Assembly (NCBI GenBank): GCA_964016885.1
Contig: OZ024741.1
Span: 193,998,001-194,062,000, forward strand
Source: Eledone cirrhosa
Taxonomy: Eukaryota
Length of the DNA stretch: 64,000 bases
Direction: 5' to 3'
In this document: piece after piece, positions 12,581 through 25,703 of the stretch
Position numbering within the stretch: the stretch's first letter is position 1
How the letters are laid out: every line of letters starts with the position of its first letter
Notes under the pieces: generated by a model
Databases searched by the model: none
Told to the model about the DNA's origin: nothing
Seen by the model: only the letters and a program-made list of their open reading frames with translations
Made by a program: the position numbers and the translations under genes

Positions 12581-12616
12581 TATAATATATATATATATAA
12601 TATATATATATAATAT

Positions 12617-12660
<44 letters not shown>
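12399..12660. repeat. (TA)n microsatellite
   Basis: Direct reading. Confidence 0.97.
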
Positions 12661-12661
<1 letters not shown>

Positions 12662-12664
<3 letters not shown>

Positions 12665-12965
12665 GAGGTAAAAACCTCCCAGCCCCACACTGTAAATGTG
12701 GTTGGTGTTAGGAAGGGCATCCAGCTGTAGAAAACCTGCCAGACAGTCCACGCTGTAATGTGGCCGTGTAGGCAACACGGTAAAAACCTCCCAGCCCCAC
12801 ACTGTAAATGTGGTTGGTGTTAGGAAGGGCATCCAGCTGTAGAAAACCCGCCAGACAGTCCTATGCGAGGAAAACAATCACTCTTGCCTCAAGTGGGAAA
12901 ACCCCCGTCCAAACCCATGCAAGCGTGGAACACGGACGTTAAACGTTGATGATGATGATGATGAT
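12662..12965 (+). mobile_element. SINE 3' half with an internal ~113-bp duplication
   Basis: ggtaaaaacctcccagccccacactgtaaatg.. occurs twice, followed by a (gat)n tail. Close relative at 54507-54790 (-). Confidence 0.75.
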
Positions 12966-12966
12966 A

Positions 12967-13010
<44 letters not shown>

Positions 13011-13017
13011 TCATCAT

Positions 13018-15515
13018 AGACCAAAAGGAACTTTTACAGACAACTTCAGGTACTGGGTAAGGGGATCTCATCATCTTGGTAGGCGACTTCAATGGACATG
13101 TGGGGCTGTACCAGAATGGATGCAGTGGAATTCCTGGCAGCTATGGTTATGGCTCAAGAAATGAAGGAATTCTGTGATGCGAATGAACTAACCATTTGCA
13201 ACACAAATTTCAGAAAACCAGTTAGCCATCTGATCTCATATCAATCAGGTAAAAACACAAGCTAAATTGATTACTTATTCATAAGATGAGATAAACAGAC
13301 TATAATAAACATTCAGGCCTTCCCTGGGAAGAATGTATTGCTCAACACAAGTTAGTTATCAAAATAAACACACAACAGAACAAGATATGCAAGAAAATGT
13401 GGAGACAGAGATTCTGGAAGCTAAAGGACCTCTTGGTTAAATATAGGTTTAGAAAGGACCTACGGGATGTATTTGATGAGAAGAGTGATGAACTAGATAC
13501 ATATAATGTAGAGGATAACTGGAAATTCTTACATGACAACCTTTTGCAAACGACTGACAAGACTTGTGGCTGGAATAAAACACCAGCCAGACAGAGGGTG
13601 ACCTGGTGGTGGAACAACACAATAGATACAGCCATTAAAGCCAAGAGATGGGCATGGAAAGACTGGAAAAATGAGGGTATCAGAGACCAATACGAGGTAG
13701 CTGAGAGAAAAGCTAGACAAGTGTATACAGCTCAGAGAGAGAGGCTGAAAAAAGAAAGTTTGTTAATGTCTTGAGATGTGAGGATCAGAGACTTTTCAAG
13801 GCAGTGTATCAGTGTAAATCAGGATGTTGTTGGGGAAAAATGTGTTATAAATGATGTTGGTGCACCTAACACCACTGATGCCCCAAAGAAAGAGACCTGG
13901 AAATGTTACTATGAGAGATTGACGAATGTAGAGAATGAATGAGAAGAAGAGACACTAACCCCAACTTACCCAACAGAAGAACTAGCTATTGAAGTTGAGA
14001 GTTGTACGGTCAAAGAAACAATCAAAGAAAATGGTAAAGCTGCGGGGCCATCAGAGATAGTTGCTGAGATGCTAAAAGCATCAGAAGTAGGAGTCAAACT
14101 AATAACCTGCATAGTCAATACAGGCCAGAGTCATACTCAATAACCAGTACAGTAGTACAATCGTACATTGCTACAAGGGTGAAGGTGATGCTCTAGAAAG
14201 GAGTAACTATAGAGGAATAAAACTAATGAACCAAGTTATGAAAGTGACAGAAAGAGTTATAATGCAGCTAATTAAGGAAAGAGTCAAATTAGATGAGATG
14301 CAGTTTTGTTTCATACCTGTGAAAAGTACTACAGATGCCCTATTTCTAGTAAAGCAACAAGAGAAGTTCCTAGTCAAGAATAAGCTGCTAAATTTAGCTT
14401 TTGTTGATCTAGAAAAGGCTTTTGACAGAGTACCTCAATCTATTATCTGGTGGGCCTTAAGGAAGTTAGGTGGAGAAGACTTGCTTGTGAGAGTAGTGTA
14501 AGCTATGTACAAAGGAGCTGTCAGTAAAGTGAGAGTAGGAAGTGAGTTTAGTGAGGGAATCAAGGTATAGGTAGGAGTTCATCAAGGTTCAGTCTTAGCC
14601 CATTGCTGTTTATAATAGTATTCCAGAACATAACAGAGGAGTTTAAAACTGTCTGTCTATGGGAACTTCTTTATGCATATGATCTGGTCCTTGTAGCTGA
14701 AGAATAAATTCCAATTATGGAACCAGAATTTGGAATCAAAAGATTTGAGAGTAAACAGCCAAAACTAAAGTGCTAGTGAGTAGCAGAGAAGATAGGACCC
14801 AGATTCCCTCAGGGAAGTGGCCATCCGCAATATGTAGAAAAGGAGTAGGTATAAACTCCATACAAAAGATGTAGTGGGATAACGAGTAGACTAAAAGGAA
14901 GGGAGAACTTTGCGTGCAGAAGATGCACAGGAGAAATTGAGAGGAAGAGTGCCAATGATAAGGACTTTTCTAGTCATAGGAAGGATACAGAAGAGGGTGT
15001 GCCTGTGGGTATAATAGATAGAATAAGGATAGGATGGATGAAGTTTAGAGAAATATTCTCACAGTTGACAACAAAAGGTTTCGCCCTACATACAAAAGAA
15101 AGGCTGTACAACACCTGTATGTAGTGCGCAATGCTGCATCATAGTGAAACATGGGCTGTGACTGCAGAGGACATGTGTAGACTGGAGAGAAATGAAATAA
15201 CCATGCTTCGTTGGATGTGCAATGTAAGTGTGACAGAAAGGCAGAGCTTGGACGAGCTGAGGGAGAAGCTGGTTTTTAAGAGCAATCCGAGGTGGTGTGC
15301 AGGAGAGAAGACTGCAATGAGTGAAGAAATGCCAGGAAATCCCAGTGGAAGGTAGCTGCAGTAGAGGACAACCAAGAAAGACCTGGGCAGATGTTGTAAG
15401 ACTGGCAGAGGAGATTATGGGGGGAACGCAACAAGTGGAGAGATGCCATGCAGAAAAGGACCCATCCAAAACATGCAAGCATGGAAAAGCAGATGTTAAA
15501 ACGATGAAGATGATA
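13018..15515 (+). mobile_element. Long decayed RTE LINE (APE endonuclease + RT)
   Basis: GDFNGHVG, FCDANELTICNTNF, WWWN, NYRGIKL, AFVDLEKAFDRVP, W..RLERNE..MLRWMC and a (gat)n tail. Many stops and frameshifts. Confidence 0.92.
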
Positions 15516-15954
15516 ATATATATATACCACCCCACTCATTCTGCTGGAACTAGGGGTGTGGTGATGGCCGCCACCACCTTTAAAATTTATAGCTAAAGGC
15601 TTTCAAATATTTATTCATAAACATATTGTTTATTATTTGATACACAAATCATATACATGTATGTATACAGATATGTTGGAGCAAACACCCTAATTCTATT
15701 TCACATACACACATTTATATATAATTAACACAAATGTATGTGGAGAATTACGTATGATAGTATCATCATCATCATCGCCAAACAGTTTCAGAATTAGCTC
15801 AATGTGTTTATATATTAATGGTCTGAAGAAAAGAAAGATTTTTTTAGGGAGAAAAAGTTGGAAATGCTGACATAAAGACATAGCAAATATAATCAAATAT
15901 ATAGACGGAAAAATTAATCTTTAAATCATTTTTAATCCCTAACACATGTTTCAA

Positions 15955-16455
15955 TTTGGCAGTATCGGTAGAGAGTCGGACACCATGCTTTGAAGCATAG
16001 AGTTACGTCCCTTTATGATCTGAGTTCAAATCCCGCCGAGGTTGACTTTGCCTTTCATCCTTACGGGGTCGATAAAATAAAGTACCAGTAATGTACTGGG
16101 TAATTGCTGGCCTTGTGCCTAAAATAGAAACAATTATTAATATCAGCATTCAAATCCCACCAAGGTCAGCTTTGTCTTTCATCCTTATGGGGGTCAATAA
16201 AATAAAGCAAGAGTAACACACTGGGGTCGATTTATTCGACTTTCCCCTCTCCTCAAAAACTGTTGGCCTTGTGCCTAAATCAGAAGCCATTATCAATATC
16301 AGCATTATATATTGAATTACTGAAAGAATGTTAAGTGTAATTAATATAATCAACATCTCCAGTCCACCCATTGATATAACACGGGGTCGATAAAATAAAG
16401 TACCAGTTATGCACTGGGTAATTGCTGGCCTTGTGCCAAAAGTAGAAACAATTAT
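15955..16455 (+). mobile_element. Cluster of three family-2 SINE pieces
   Basis: Copies at 15955-16138, 16149-16292 (older) and 16381-16455. Confidence 0.8.
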
Positions 16456-16504
16456 TTGATTATATAAGAAATCAACATCAGAAAATCCTTAACATGGTCG
16501 ATTA

Positions 16505-16922
16505 TGTTTTTCAAAGCCACAGTTAAAAGTGTCTTACTTTACGGGTCGGAAACATGGACGCTTAATAAAACCCTCAGAAAAAGACTAAATGGATGTTACA
16601 CGAGACTCCTAAGACAAGCTTTCAACATATCTTGGTGACAGAGAGTCACAAATGGAAAACTCTATCTGGATAGTCCTTCTGTGCTGGATCTTGTTCATCT
16701 AAGGATGCATTTTGTAGGACATTGTTACAAGGCAAAAAACGAATGCATCAGCCATGTTCTTTTATGGAAGCCTGTGCACAGTCATAGAAGTAAAGGTCAT
16801 CCTGCAACAATGTATCTGGATGTGTTATGTGCTGACATGGGAGGGAATTTAACAGATCTTAGAATGATAATGTTAGATGGAGACAAATGGAAAGAGTACT
16901 GTTCATTGGATCAAGGAAACTC

Positions 16923-16925
<3 letters not shown>
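16505..16925 (+). mobile_element. RTE-X-like LINE 3' fragment
   Basis: LLYGSETWTL..LNGCYTRLLRQAFNISW..HFVGHCY..LLWKP. Confidence 0.8.
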
Positions 16926-17340
<415 letters not shown>

Positions 17341-17839
17341 TCATATCCTTAGTGTCAGGAAGGGTATCCAGCTGTATAACATTGCCTCATAAGGTCCCAT
17401 TCATCTCATACCATCATGAAATGGTTGACATAAAAATGATAATTATACGTGTATATATATATATACAAGGTCCATGGGAAAAATATTATGTACTTAGGGG
17501 GAACAATTGCTAATCCCTTTTTGAAGAAGTCCCCATGTGCATCCACATATCCCAGTGATCTTTCCACTGTTCAAAGTTGGTTTTCAGAACATAAATTAAC
17601 AAAAATTTATTAGATAAAATTGTGATGGAGGGTTCTAATTTAAATATAAACACTTCATTACAGGTGGATTTGTATCATAGAAGTGGGTTAGGTGGTTTGG
17701 TATGAAAAGTTTTAACCAGACATATATAAAAAAACTTATCATTCACCAGACATTCTTCTATCTTCTCTTAGAACTATTACTAGAATTCACGGGACCAGTA
17801 ATATGAAATGTCTTCATTCTCTTGCTTTTATGTTTATAG

Positions 17840-17905
17840 TTTTCAATCAAGTGTCACCTGCTACACATGAAAGAGATTCCATGTTGAAAATTGCAAAAAC
17901 TAAAG
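17840..17905 (+). CDS. Host gene internal exon (FNQVSPATHERDSMLKIAKTK)
   Basis: Pyrimidine tract + tag|..|gtgagt. 66 nt, phase 1 to 1. Confidence 0.7.
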
Positions 17906-19211
17906 GTGAGTAGTATAATTAATTGAATGTGTTATCTGAAGAGAGTCAAGTGCTCCATTCTAGATGAAGGCAAGCTGTTAACTAAATTTGCAGTCAAATA
18001 GCTTAAATGTTTCATATTTGTTGTCTGTGAATGTTAACTGAGAATGACTGGTGTTCCATTTTGAGAGAGATTTACCTGTTATCAACATCTGAAAGTTAAG
18101 TAATTTGAATTATTCAAATTTTTTTTATTTGTGGATATTAACTGTAGATGGGAAATGTAAAATTGCTTACTTTGCCAATGCTTCCCTAAATATCACTGTT
18201 ATCTAGCTGCATAATCCATGAACTCTACACACCCTATCTCTAGCCAGAAATTCTAGGTTTCGCATGAGTTCATTGACCCACGTCTACCAGCTACAGATTC
18301 CCACAAGGAAACAGGCCTCGTTAATTTGCTCTTCCACTCACATGACATAGCTCCTCCTGTTCTGGCATTCCACCCATAACTCCACATTAACTGAAAATCA
18401 CTGGTATTCTATCCCTGGAGAGATTTATCTGTTACCTGCATTTAAAGATTAAGTAACTTTAAATTATTCGAATTGGTTATTTGTTGATGAACATTTTTTC
18501 TAACAGAGAAATATCTTTAAAATTATATTAAATAAAAGTGGAATGTGTGAATGAAATGAGGTCCTTTGATCTATCCAAGAAGGTAGTAATTCTTAATATA
18601 AACTGACCTGGACTATAATGACCTGTTCAGCATGGAAAGGTGACATGGAATGATGATTTTACTTGGACTAAATATTGTTAATTACAGAGACACTTTTGAC
18701 TGATGACATTGTTTCTAAAGAGTTTCTACAATTCTGCAGAATTCATGACATTACCAGTGTCAGGTCACCACATAAAAAAAATACTTTCTGGAATGGTGAC
18801 CCAGTAGCATAGCAAGGATTCTCAGTACCCAGAGGCAAAGAAACTATTCAGTACTCCTATCTTAATTAACTGGCATGATAGGCCAGAGGAAATGTTGTCA
18901 CCCTTCATAGTTGAGGACGGGGTTGACTGCTCCTTACTACGCCTCTCTGGTGACCTTCAGTAATATCACATTACTCTGACTTTAAGAAATGGCTGACCTA
19001 TTTGATATTAATATTCTAATTAGCTCTAGTTAGTTGTACTTACAATTAAGTAGTGATAAATATTTATTCTGACAAAACCATTGTTATTAAATACTGAATA
19101 TTAAATACATCATTAAAGGGTTTGTGTGTATGAGTGTAAATGTATCACTTGGTCTCTCTCTCCTATACGTATATATATATATATATGTATATATATATGT
19201 ATATGTGTATG

Positions 19212-19260
<49 letters not shown>

Positions 19261-19297
19261 GTGTATGTATGTATGTATGTATGTTATGTATATGTAT

Positions 19298-19907
19298 GTC
19301 AGGTCACCAGTTGGTGCTACTGGTAACATGTATCCCAGTACAACCTGTCTCATGGTCGGGTCATTGGCAACTAAACTGGCAATCCCACCAAGGTTTCTTG
19401 GTGAGGAGGGGGACTTTGGACATCTTGCAGGACTAAAAACAAAACCTGTCAAAGGGCAAAGGGGCTCCTAAGAGTCAATGGCCATCCAAAATCACCGGGA
19501 GAGATGACCCCTTAGCCTTTGTCAAGGCAGAATTCTAGGAGAAGGAAAACTCTGATATAACACCTGCAACCCTGATGGTATCCAATGATGTTGACTTGTT
19601 CTTCTTTTTGGTAAATATCATCTTGGTTAAGAGAGTGGGACTGGCTTTGTGCAGTGCCTTTGCTCACTATAAAAGCTTCACGGCACAGGTATTGCTTTGT
19701 ATCTGGAGATCTCTCTGCACTTGTCCTCACATGGTACCATGGGCCCAGCACTATGTGTCAATAATTGTCACAAGTGTAGTGTTTGTACCAGCGTTTTCAA
19801 GTCGCTGGCTGGACTAAAAAGTCACACTCGTTCAGCGCATCAGTAGGGGTTCTCCTACATGGATATAAAGTAGTGGCCGTACTCGAAAACGAGTTGGCAG
19901 CCACCAT
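19298..19907 (+). mobile_element. Short non-autonomous LINE derivative with a C2H2-finger 3' end and (TATG)n tail
   Basis: 3' end encodes [23 protein letters not shown] second copy of the 3' 330 bp lies at 45661-45989 (-). Confidence 0.6.
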
Positions 19908-19960
19908 GTATGTATGTATGTATGTATGTATGTATGTATGTATGTATGTATGTATGTAGT

Positions 19961-20298
19961 GGAGGCACATGGCTTAGTGGTTAGAGCATTGGCCTTGCAA
20001 TCGAAAGGTTGTGAGTTCAATTCTCAGACCGGGTGATGTGTTGTTTCCTTGAGCAAGACACTTTATTTCACATTGCTCCAGTTTACTCAGCTGTAGAAAT
20101 GAGATGATAGGAACTGGGGTCCATATCATTCCACTGCAAAGTGGTCGTGGAGGTGCCACGGCAAAAAAGCACCCAGCACTCACTGTAAATGAGGTTGGTG
20201 TTAGGAAGGGCATCCAGCTGTAGAAATCAAGCCAGAATCAGTTCCCGTCCCACCCTTGCAAGCAGGGAAAAGCGGACGTAAAATGAAATGATGATGAT
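19961..20298 (+). mobile_element. Full-length tRNA-derived CORE-type SINE with an RTE-derived tail
   Basis: A box TGGCTTAGTGG, B box GAGTTCAATTC, CORE-like ccttgagcaagacactt..cagtttactcagctgtagaaatg. The last 40 nt are identical to the RTE end at 35663-35702. Confidence 0.9.
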
Positions 20299-20798
20299 AT
20301 ATATATATATAACTAAGACTGTCAATTGCCTTAACTAGAATGTAAGCAAATTTACACCAAACCCATGCATTACATGAAATCAAGCAAACACAAACCATGA
20401 TCCTACAGTCTACCCATCACCAGAAAATACCACACTAGACCCCAGCCCTCCAAGTAAAACAACAACCAACCTACTCCAATTACTGAATATAAGACATGAA
20501 TAATGGTTACATATTTAGGGGATGAAAGAAACATCTGTACTGCATCTATGATTGAGATGCTTAGTCCAGTCTACCTAGCTATGAGTAGGTACCACAATAT
20601 ATAATTAACTGCACTGTGTCTACATCAATGTGTATTCTTATATAACTGCATTATTGCATATCAATGTGTATTCTTATCAGTATGCATTTTTACATATCAG
20701 CATCTATTCATACACATTAGTGTATTTTTACAGATCACTGTATATTCTTACACATCAGTGTGTATTTTTACACATCAGTATGCATTTTACACATCAGT

Positions 20799-21203
20799 AT
20801 CATCATCATCATCATTTCATTTTACGTGTAGGAGTCAAACCCACACCTCTTATTTCATGATAAGTGTGTCTGACCAATTATACCAACACACTGATCCTTA
20901 AAATGGGCATTAGTGTATATCATCATCATCATCATCATTTCATTTTACGTCCGCTTTTCCCTGCTTGCAAGGGTGGAACGGGAACTGATTCTGGCTTGAT
21001 TTCTACAGCTGGATGCCCTTCCTAACACCAACCTCATTTACAGTGAGTGCTGGGTGCTTTTTTGCCGTGGCACCTCCACGACCACTTTGCAGTGAAATGA
21101 TATGGACCCCAGTTCCTATCATCTCATTTCTACAGCTGAGTAAACTGGAGCAATGTGAAATAAAGTGTCTTGCTCAAGGAAACAACACATCACCCGGTCT
21201 GAG
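20799..21203 (-). mobile_element. 5'-truncated CORE-type SINE carrying ~95 bp of extra 3' flank and a second tail
   Basis: 20826-20919 is the reverse complement of 26798-26891. Confidence 0.85.
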
Positions 21204-21436
21204 TATGTATTTACATATGAAGACAAAGCCACTCAGTTCACCCTGTGAAGTGGTAATGCTCGTGCCACAAAATATGCATCCAGTTGGCATTAGGAACAAC
21301 ACTCAGCCATAGAAACCAGCCAAAACTGGAACATATAGGCAGGACATGGTAATTTGACCTTTCTGGCTTCATAATGTGACAACACATTTAACCCATGCAA
21401 ACATAGAAAATGATGATCCTGTGTATTTATACTTAG

Positions 21437-21480
21437 GTGAAGACAGTTCATCTGAGAGTGAATATGATGAAGATGCTGAG
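21437..21480 (+). CDS. Host gene internal exon (GEDSSSESEYDEDAE)
   Basis: tag|..|gtaagt. 44 nt, phase 1 to 0. Confidence 0.75.
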
Positions 21481-21850
21481 GTAAGTGGAATTAATTTTTA
21501 CTGTTGTTATTACTGTTAATGTTGATAACATAGTATAGTAGTAAGGTTTTGGAGGTGGTTTGGTTGTGTGAGGGAGAAATATACAAGAAATCTCACCCAT
21601 ACTTATGACAGTCTAAGGAATGGAAAAAGAAAAAGACTAACGCTAGCCATGATCAGCTTTTACTTTCCAGCACATGAATAGTATGTGTGTGTGTGTATAT
21701 ATATATATATATAAATCTTTCAATTTCCTTAAAGAATACAAATTAATTTAGATTGATAAAATAATACATATTTATATATATATATATTTATTTTGTCAAT
21801 ACTGATTAATTATTTTTGTATGTTTATTTTTGTGATATTACTTAAGTAAA

Positions 21851-22023
21851 TACCATATTTCCCGGTGTCAAAGATGCTATTACTTTCCTAAAATAAGTCT
21901 CAAAAATCTACCATGCATCCTGGGGGCCAAAGGTTGTTTATTATTTTTTTTTCAAATTTTTGGTTGTCAAAATTAGGGTGCGCGTTCGAGGATGAAGCAT
22001 CTTTGGCGCCGGGAAATACAGTA
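21851..22023. mobile_element. Tc1/mariner-pogo-type MITE
   Basis: 27-bp imperfect TIRs taccatatttcccggtgtcaaagatgc / gcatctttggcgccgggaaatacagta with TA termini. Confidence 0.75.
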
Positions 22024-22379
22024 GTTATTTAGAATATTTTAATCATAACACATGTAGTCTATAGCCAAAAAAGTGTCTTGGTTATCGTAGACATTTTTGC
22101 CACCTGCCCTCCATCACTCTCCATCATAACAAAGTCCAATAAAAAAGGAGAGCGCCATATAAACCTAATCACATTATGCACACACTCATGGAAGCAACTA
22201 TCTTCTTATTCTAATAACCCCTTCCCCACTAAAAAGAACCCTATTGCTAATTTAGCAACCACTAACACAAGCAAATACCTTTGATCAGCAAGTAATATCA
22301 ATAATGAAGAAGGTCACAATGCAAACGCCAAACTGGGCACAAATAACTGGCGCAAAAGACACCCACCACCAGGAAAGCT

Positions 22380-22455
22380 GTATGCCACACCTGTGACTTC
22401 AGAGTGGCAACCATCAACGTAGGGGCGCTGAAAGGTAGGTCAAGTGAGATTGTGT
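22380..22455 (+). mobile_element. RTE endonuclease N-terminal remnant
   Basis: FRVATINVGALKGRSSEIV resembles the first APE-domain motif. Confidence 0.5.
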
Positions 22456-22459
22456 GTGT

Positions 22460-23285
22460 TCCTGCTGTGAGCCAGGCTCCCATACAGTGGTCCCACACCT
22501 ATCCTTCCTCATTGCGGCATCATCCAGTATCGGGCCCCTGGCCAGCTGGCCTGTCCCTCCTCATGGTGGTGCCATCCAATACTGGGCCACAAAACTATGG
22601 CTACACTGTGAGATGGGTTAGGCTCCTCGTAACGATGCCATCCAGTACTCGGCTCCAACTGGCCTCTTCTTCGCATAGCGCTGCCATCCAATACCAGGTC
22701 CCCTGCCAACGTGTTTACGTACTGAGAAGAGTTCGTCATGTGGTGGAGTCACATGTGGTTATCTGGTTTCGTACTGAGAAGTGTCCATCACATGCGGAGT
22801 GCCCAGCACCGAAGCTGGTGTGCCGCTGTGCGAGGGATTTGGGGTGGCCAACTGGCCTGTCCCGTCTCATAGTGGTGTCACCAGTGCAGGGCTTCGAAAC
22901 TGTGGTTCTGCTGTGAGAGGGGATCAGTGTGGCTAACTGGCCTGTCCCTCCTCATAGTGGTGCCATCCAGTCGCAGGATGCTAGAGTCTGGTTTCATATT
23001 GAGAAGTGTTCGTCATGTGGAGAGTGCCCGGCTTTGAAACTGGGTTGTCACTGTGAGAAGGGCTCAGTGGGGCCAACTGACCTGTCCCTCCTCATAGCGG
23101 TGTCACTGGTCCCTTTGCATAGTGGTGCAATCGAACGCCAGGCTCCCAAACTGTGGTTCTGCACCTGTCCCTTCTCATAGTGGTGCCACCCAGTACCTGG
23201 GCTCTGAAAACTTGGTTCTGTTGTGAGATGGGTTCAGTGCAGCCAACTGACCTGACCCTCCTCATAATGGAGCCATCCAGTTCCA
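22460..23285. repeat. GC-rich degenerate array of about 9 units
   Basis: Recurrent tggcctgtccctcctcatagtggtgccatccagt with variable spacing. Confidence 0.8.
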
Positions 23286-23476
23286 CACTGTAAATGTGGT
23301 TGCTGTTAAGAAGGGCATCCAGCTGTAAAATATCCAGCCAAATTTACAGTCCTTGCCGGAGAAAGGTGCAACACATGGCCAACTCTGGCCGGACTTGCCT
23401 CTCGGCATGGACGTTCCATCTAACCCATGCAAGTGTGAAAAAACTGACATTAAACGGAAATGATGATGATGATGAT
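23283..23476 (+). mobile_element. SINE 3' half
   Basis: cacactgtaaatgtggttg..aagggcatccagctgta..(gat)n. Confidence 0.75.
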
Positions 23477-23525
23477 ATAAAGGTTTGTTCCAAAAGTAAG
23501 GGTACTGATATTTTATTTAAATGTT

Positions 23526-23825
23526 TACAGCTGTGCCCCGGTATTCGTGGAGATAATGTTCCTAGAGCACCCGTGAAGAGTGAAAAACCACAAATATTAA
23601 ACATTGTCCATAAAAATATCTATAAATGTCAAAACATAACGTAAAATATAGGCCAGCAAATATGGTATATTGTTATTAATAATTTAGCATTAAAAAGTGT
23701 AAAAAAATATATATTGTCACGAAAAAAACCATTAAAAAATCATGGAAGATATTTACAATTCTGCGAATATGTGGTAGTTTCCATGAACAATTATTAGTTA
23801 GGTTCTAAGGAAAATTCTGCGAATT
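23526..23825 (-). mobile_element. Tigger/pogo-like MITE, same family as 10094-10428
   Basis: Reverse-complement match; begins tacagctgtgccccggtattcg. Confidence 0.7.
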
Positions 23826-24557
23826 GTCTCTCCCATCACACTGCCTAATACCATCACAATTTTGATACACAACATACTTTCTCACCCCTTTAAATCCCAC
23901 CATTCGTGGCACCATGCCTGTCATCCTCCCTTCCCACCCGCTTATTGTCACTCACCCGTCACATCATACTTATCCTTTTTACTCCGCTTCCCTCCCCTAA
24001 ACACAGCTCATTTGGGACATTTATCAGTCCCACCTCAATAGGATAGAGAAAGATCTTCAGTTAAGTCAATGACTGACAACCTCCTTAGTGCTGGTATCAA
24101 AATAAAATGTACTTAGTACACTCCGTAAAGTGTTTGAGGTTAGGAAGGGTATCCAGCCATAGAAACAATGCCAAAAAGAGTTGAGAGAACTCTTCAGTCA
24201 CATCATGGACACAACCTCTCTAGTGCTAGTACCACAAAAATGCACCCTGTAAAATGGTTGGTGGTGGGAAGGGCATTCTGTCATAGAAGACTTGCCAAAC
24301 AAAAGGTTGAGAAAACTTGTCAGTTGTGTCAAGGGCATGACAACCTACCTATTGCTGGTGTCACAATAAAACACACACAGTATATTCTGTAGTGCAGAAA
24401 TATATTGAGTGAGTTACAACCCTTGGTTAGCCTGAGATGTCAGTCACTTCAATTAATTACTATCTGATCTGTGACAGCCTTGCTAGCTGGAAAATGGAAA
24501 TATGATGATGATGATATATAATGTATCTCAGACCTCATTTTGTGATTTTTCTTGCAG

Positions 24558-24635
24558 GTCATCCCTGTCCTTGAAGACATCAATATCAGTATGATTTCTC
24601 CAGAGAACAATAATAGTTTACCCAATAATATAGAG
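24558..24635 (+). CDS. Host gene internal exon (VIPVLEDINISMISPENNNSLPNNIE)
   Basis: tttttcttgcag|..|gtaaga. 78 nt, phase 0 to 0. Confidence 0.75.
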
Positions 24636-25250
24636 GTAAGATTTTGAATTAGAACATAAAATTATATTAATCACAATTATTCTCATCATCATCATCATCA
24701 TCATCATCGTCAATATTTGAACATCTGTATTTTTCATCATGCTGTCTTGTGTTGGACATGTTTACTATACAATATATTGGAACTCATTTTTAATATCTTT
24801 CACCATCTAACCTGTAGAATTCCCCACTATGCTGAGATTTGTCTACATCACTTGTTCCATGCCTTAATATCTTATGGTTATCTTCCATCATCACTTCTCA
24901 TCCAACCATTCAGCATCCATGCATATCATATGTCCATAATACCCCATGTTTCACTGCCATGTAACATCAGGCTTCTTACATATATATAAAGTGATAGAAC
25001 TGGTGCCATGAAATAGACCCCCAGCACGCTCTGTAAAGTGCTTGGCATTAGGAAGGTCATCCAGCTGTGGAACATACCAGATGAAGTCACTCCAACCTGT
25101 CTGGTTTGGGATTCTGACAATGTGTCCACCACATGTGAGAATGGAAAATAAACAAAGTGGTGGTAGTGGTTGTGGTGGTAGTGGTGGTGGTGGTGGTGAT
25201 GGTGGTGATGGTGATGATGATCATGATGACACACATATATAATCATTATA

Positions 25251-25568
25251 GGGTGGTGGATTGGCAGTATCGGTAGAGTGTCGGACGCCATGCTTTGACG
25301 CATAGTTACGTCCCTTTACGAGCTGAGTTCAAATCCCGCCGAGGTTGACTTTGCCTTTCATCCTTACGGGGTCGATAAAATAAAGTACCAGTAATGCACT
25401 GGGTAATTTGCTGGCCTTGTGCCTAAAGTAGAAACAATTATATATGGTCTGAGTTCAAATCCCACCGAGGTTAACTTTGCCTTTCATCCTTACGGGGGTC
25501 GATAAAATAAAGTACCAGTAATACACTGGGATAATTGCTGGTCTTGTACCAAAAGTAGAAACAATTAT
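25251..25568 (+). mobile_element. Family-2 SINE, full copy plus a tandem partial copy
   Basis: Copies at 25251-25441 and 25447-25568 match 2795-2984. Confidence 0.85.
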
Positions 25569-25703
25569 AATTTATATACATATTTCCGTGCTGTTATGAG
25601 TTGGACAGACATGAGAGGGTGACACACACACATATATATACACATACATATATACATACATATATACATACATATATAATCTTATCTGTTTGTCATTTTA
25701 CAG

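Noticed and set aside
18034-18488. Diverged ~100-bp duplication (18034-18136 / 18386-18488)
   Set aside because: Old local repeat with no termini, ORF or structure I can support.
19961-20030. tRNA-Cys(GCA) gene
   Set aside because: It is the tRNA-derived head of a multi-copy SINE, and the acceptor stem does not close.
22460-23285. CRISPR-like repeat-spacer array or the 170-aa ORF 22404-22916
   Set aside because: The intervening sequences are themselves related, the repeats are degenerate and the ORF beyond its first residues has no recognisable motif.
24926-25303. His-rich / Gly-rich ORFs
   Set aside because: Produced by a (GGT/GAT)n SINE tail.
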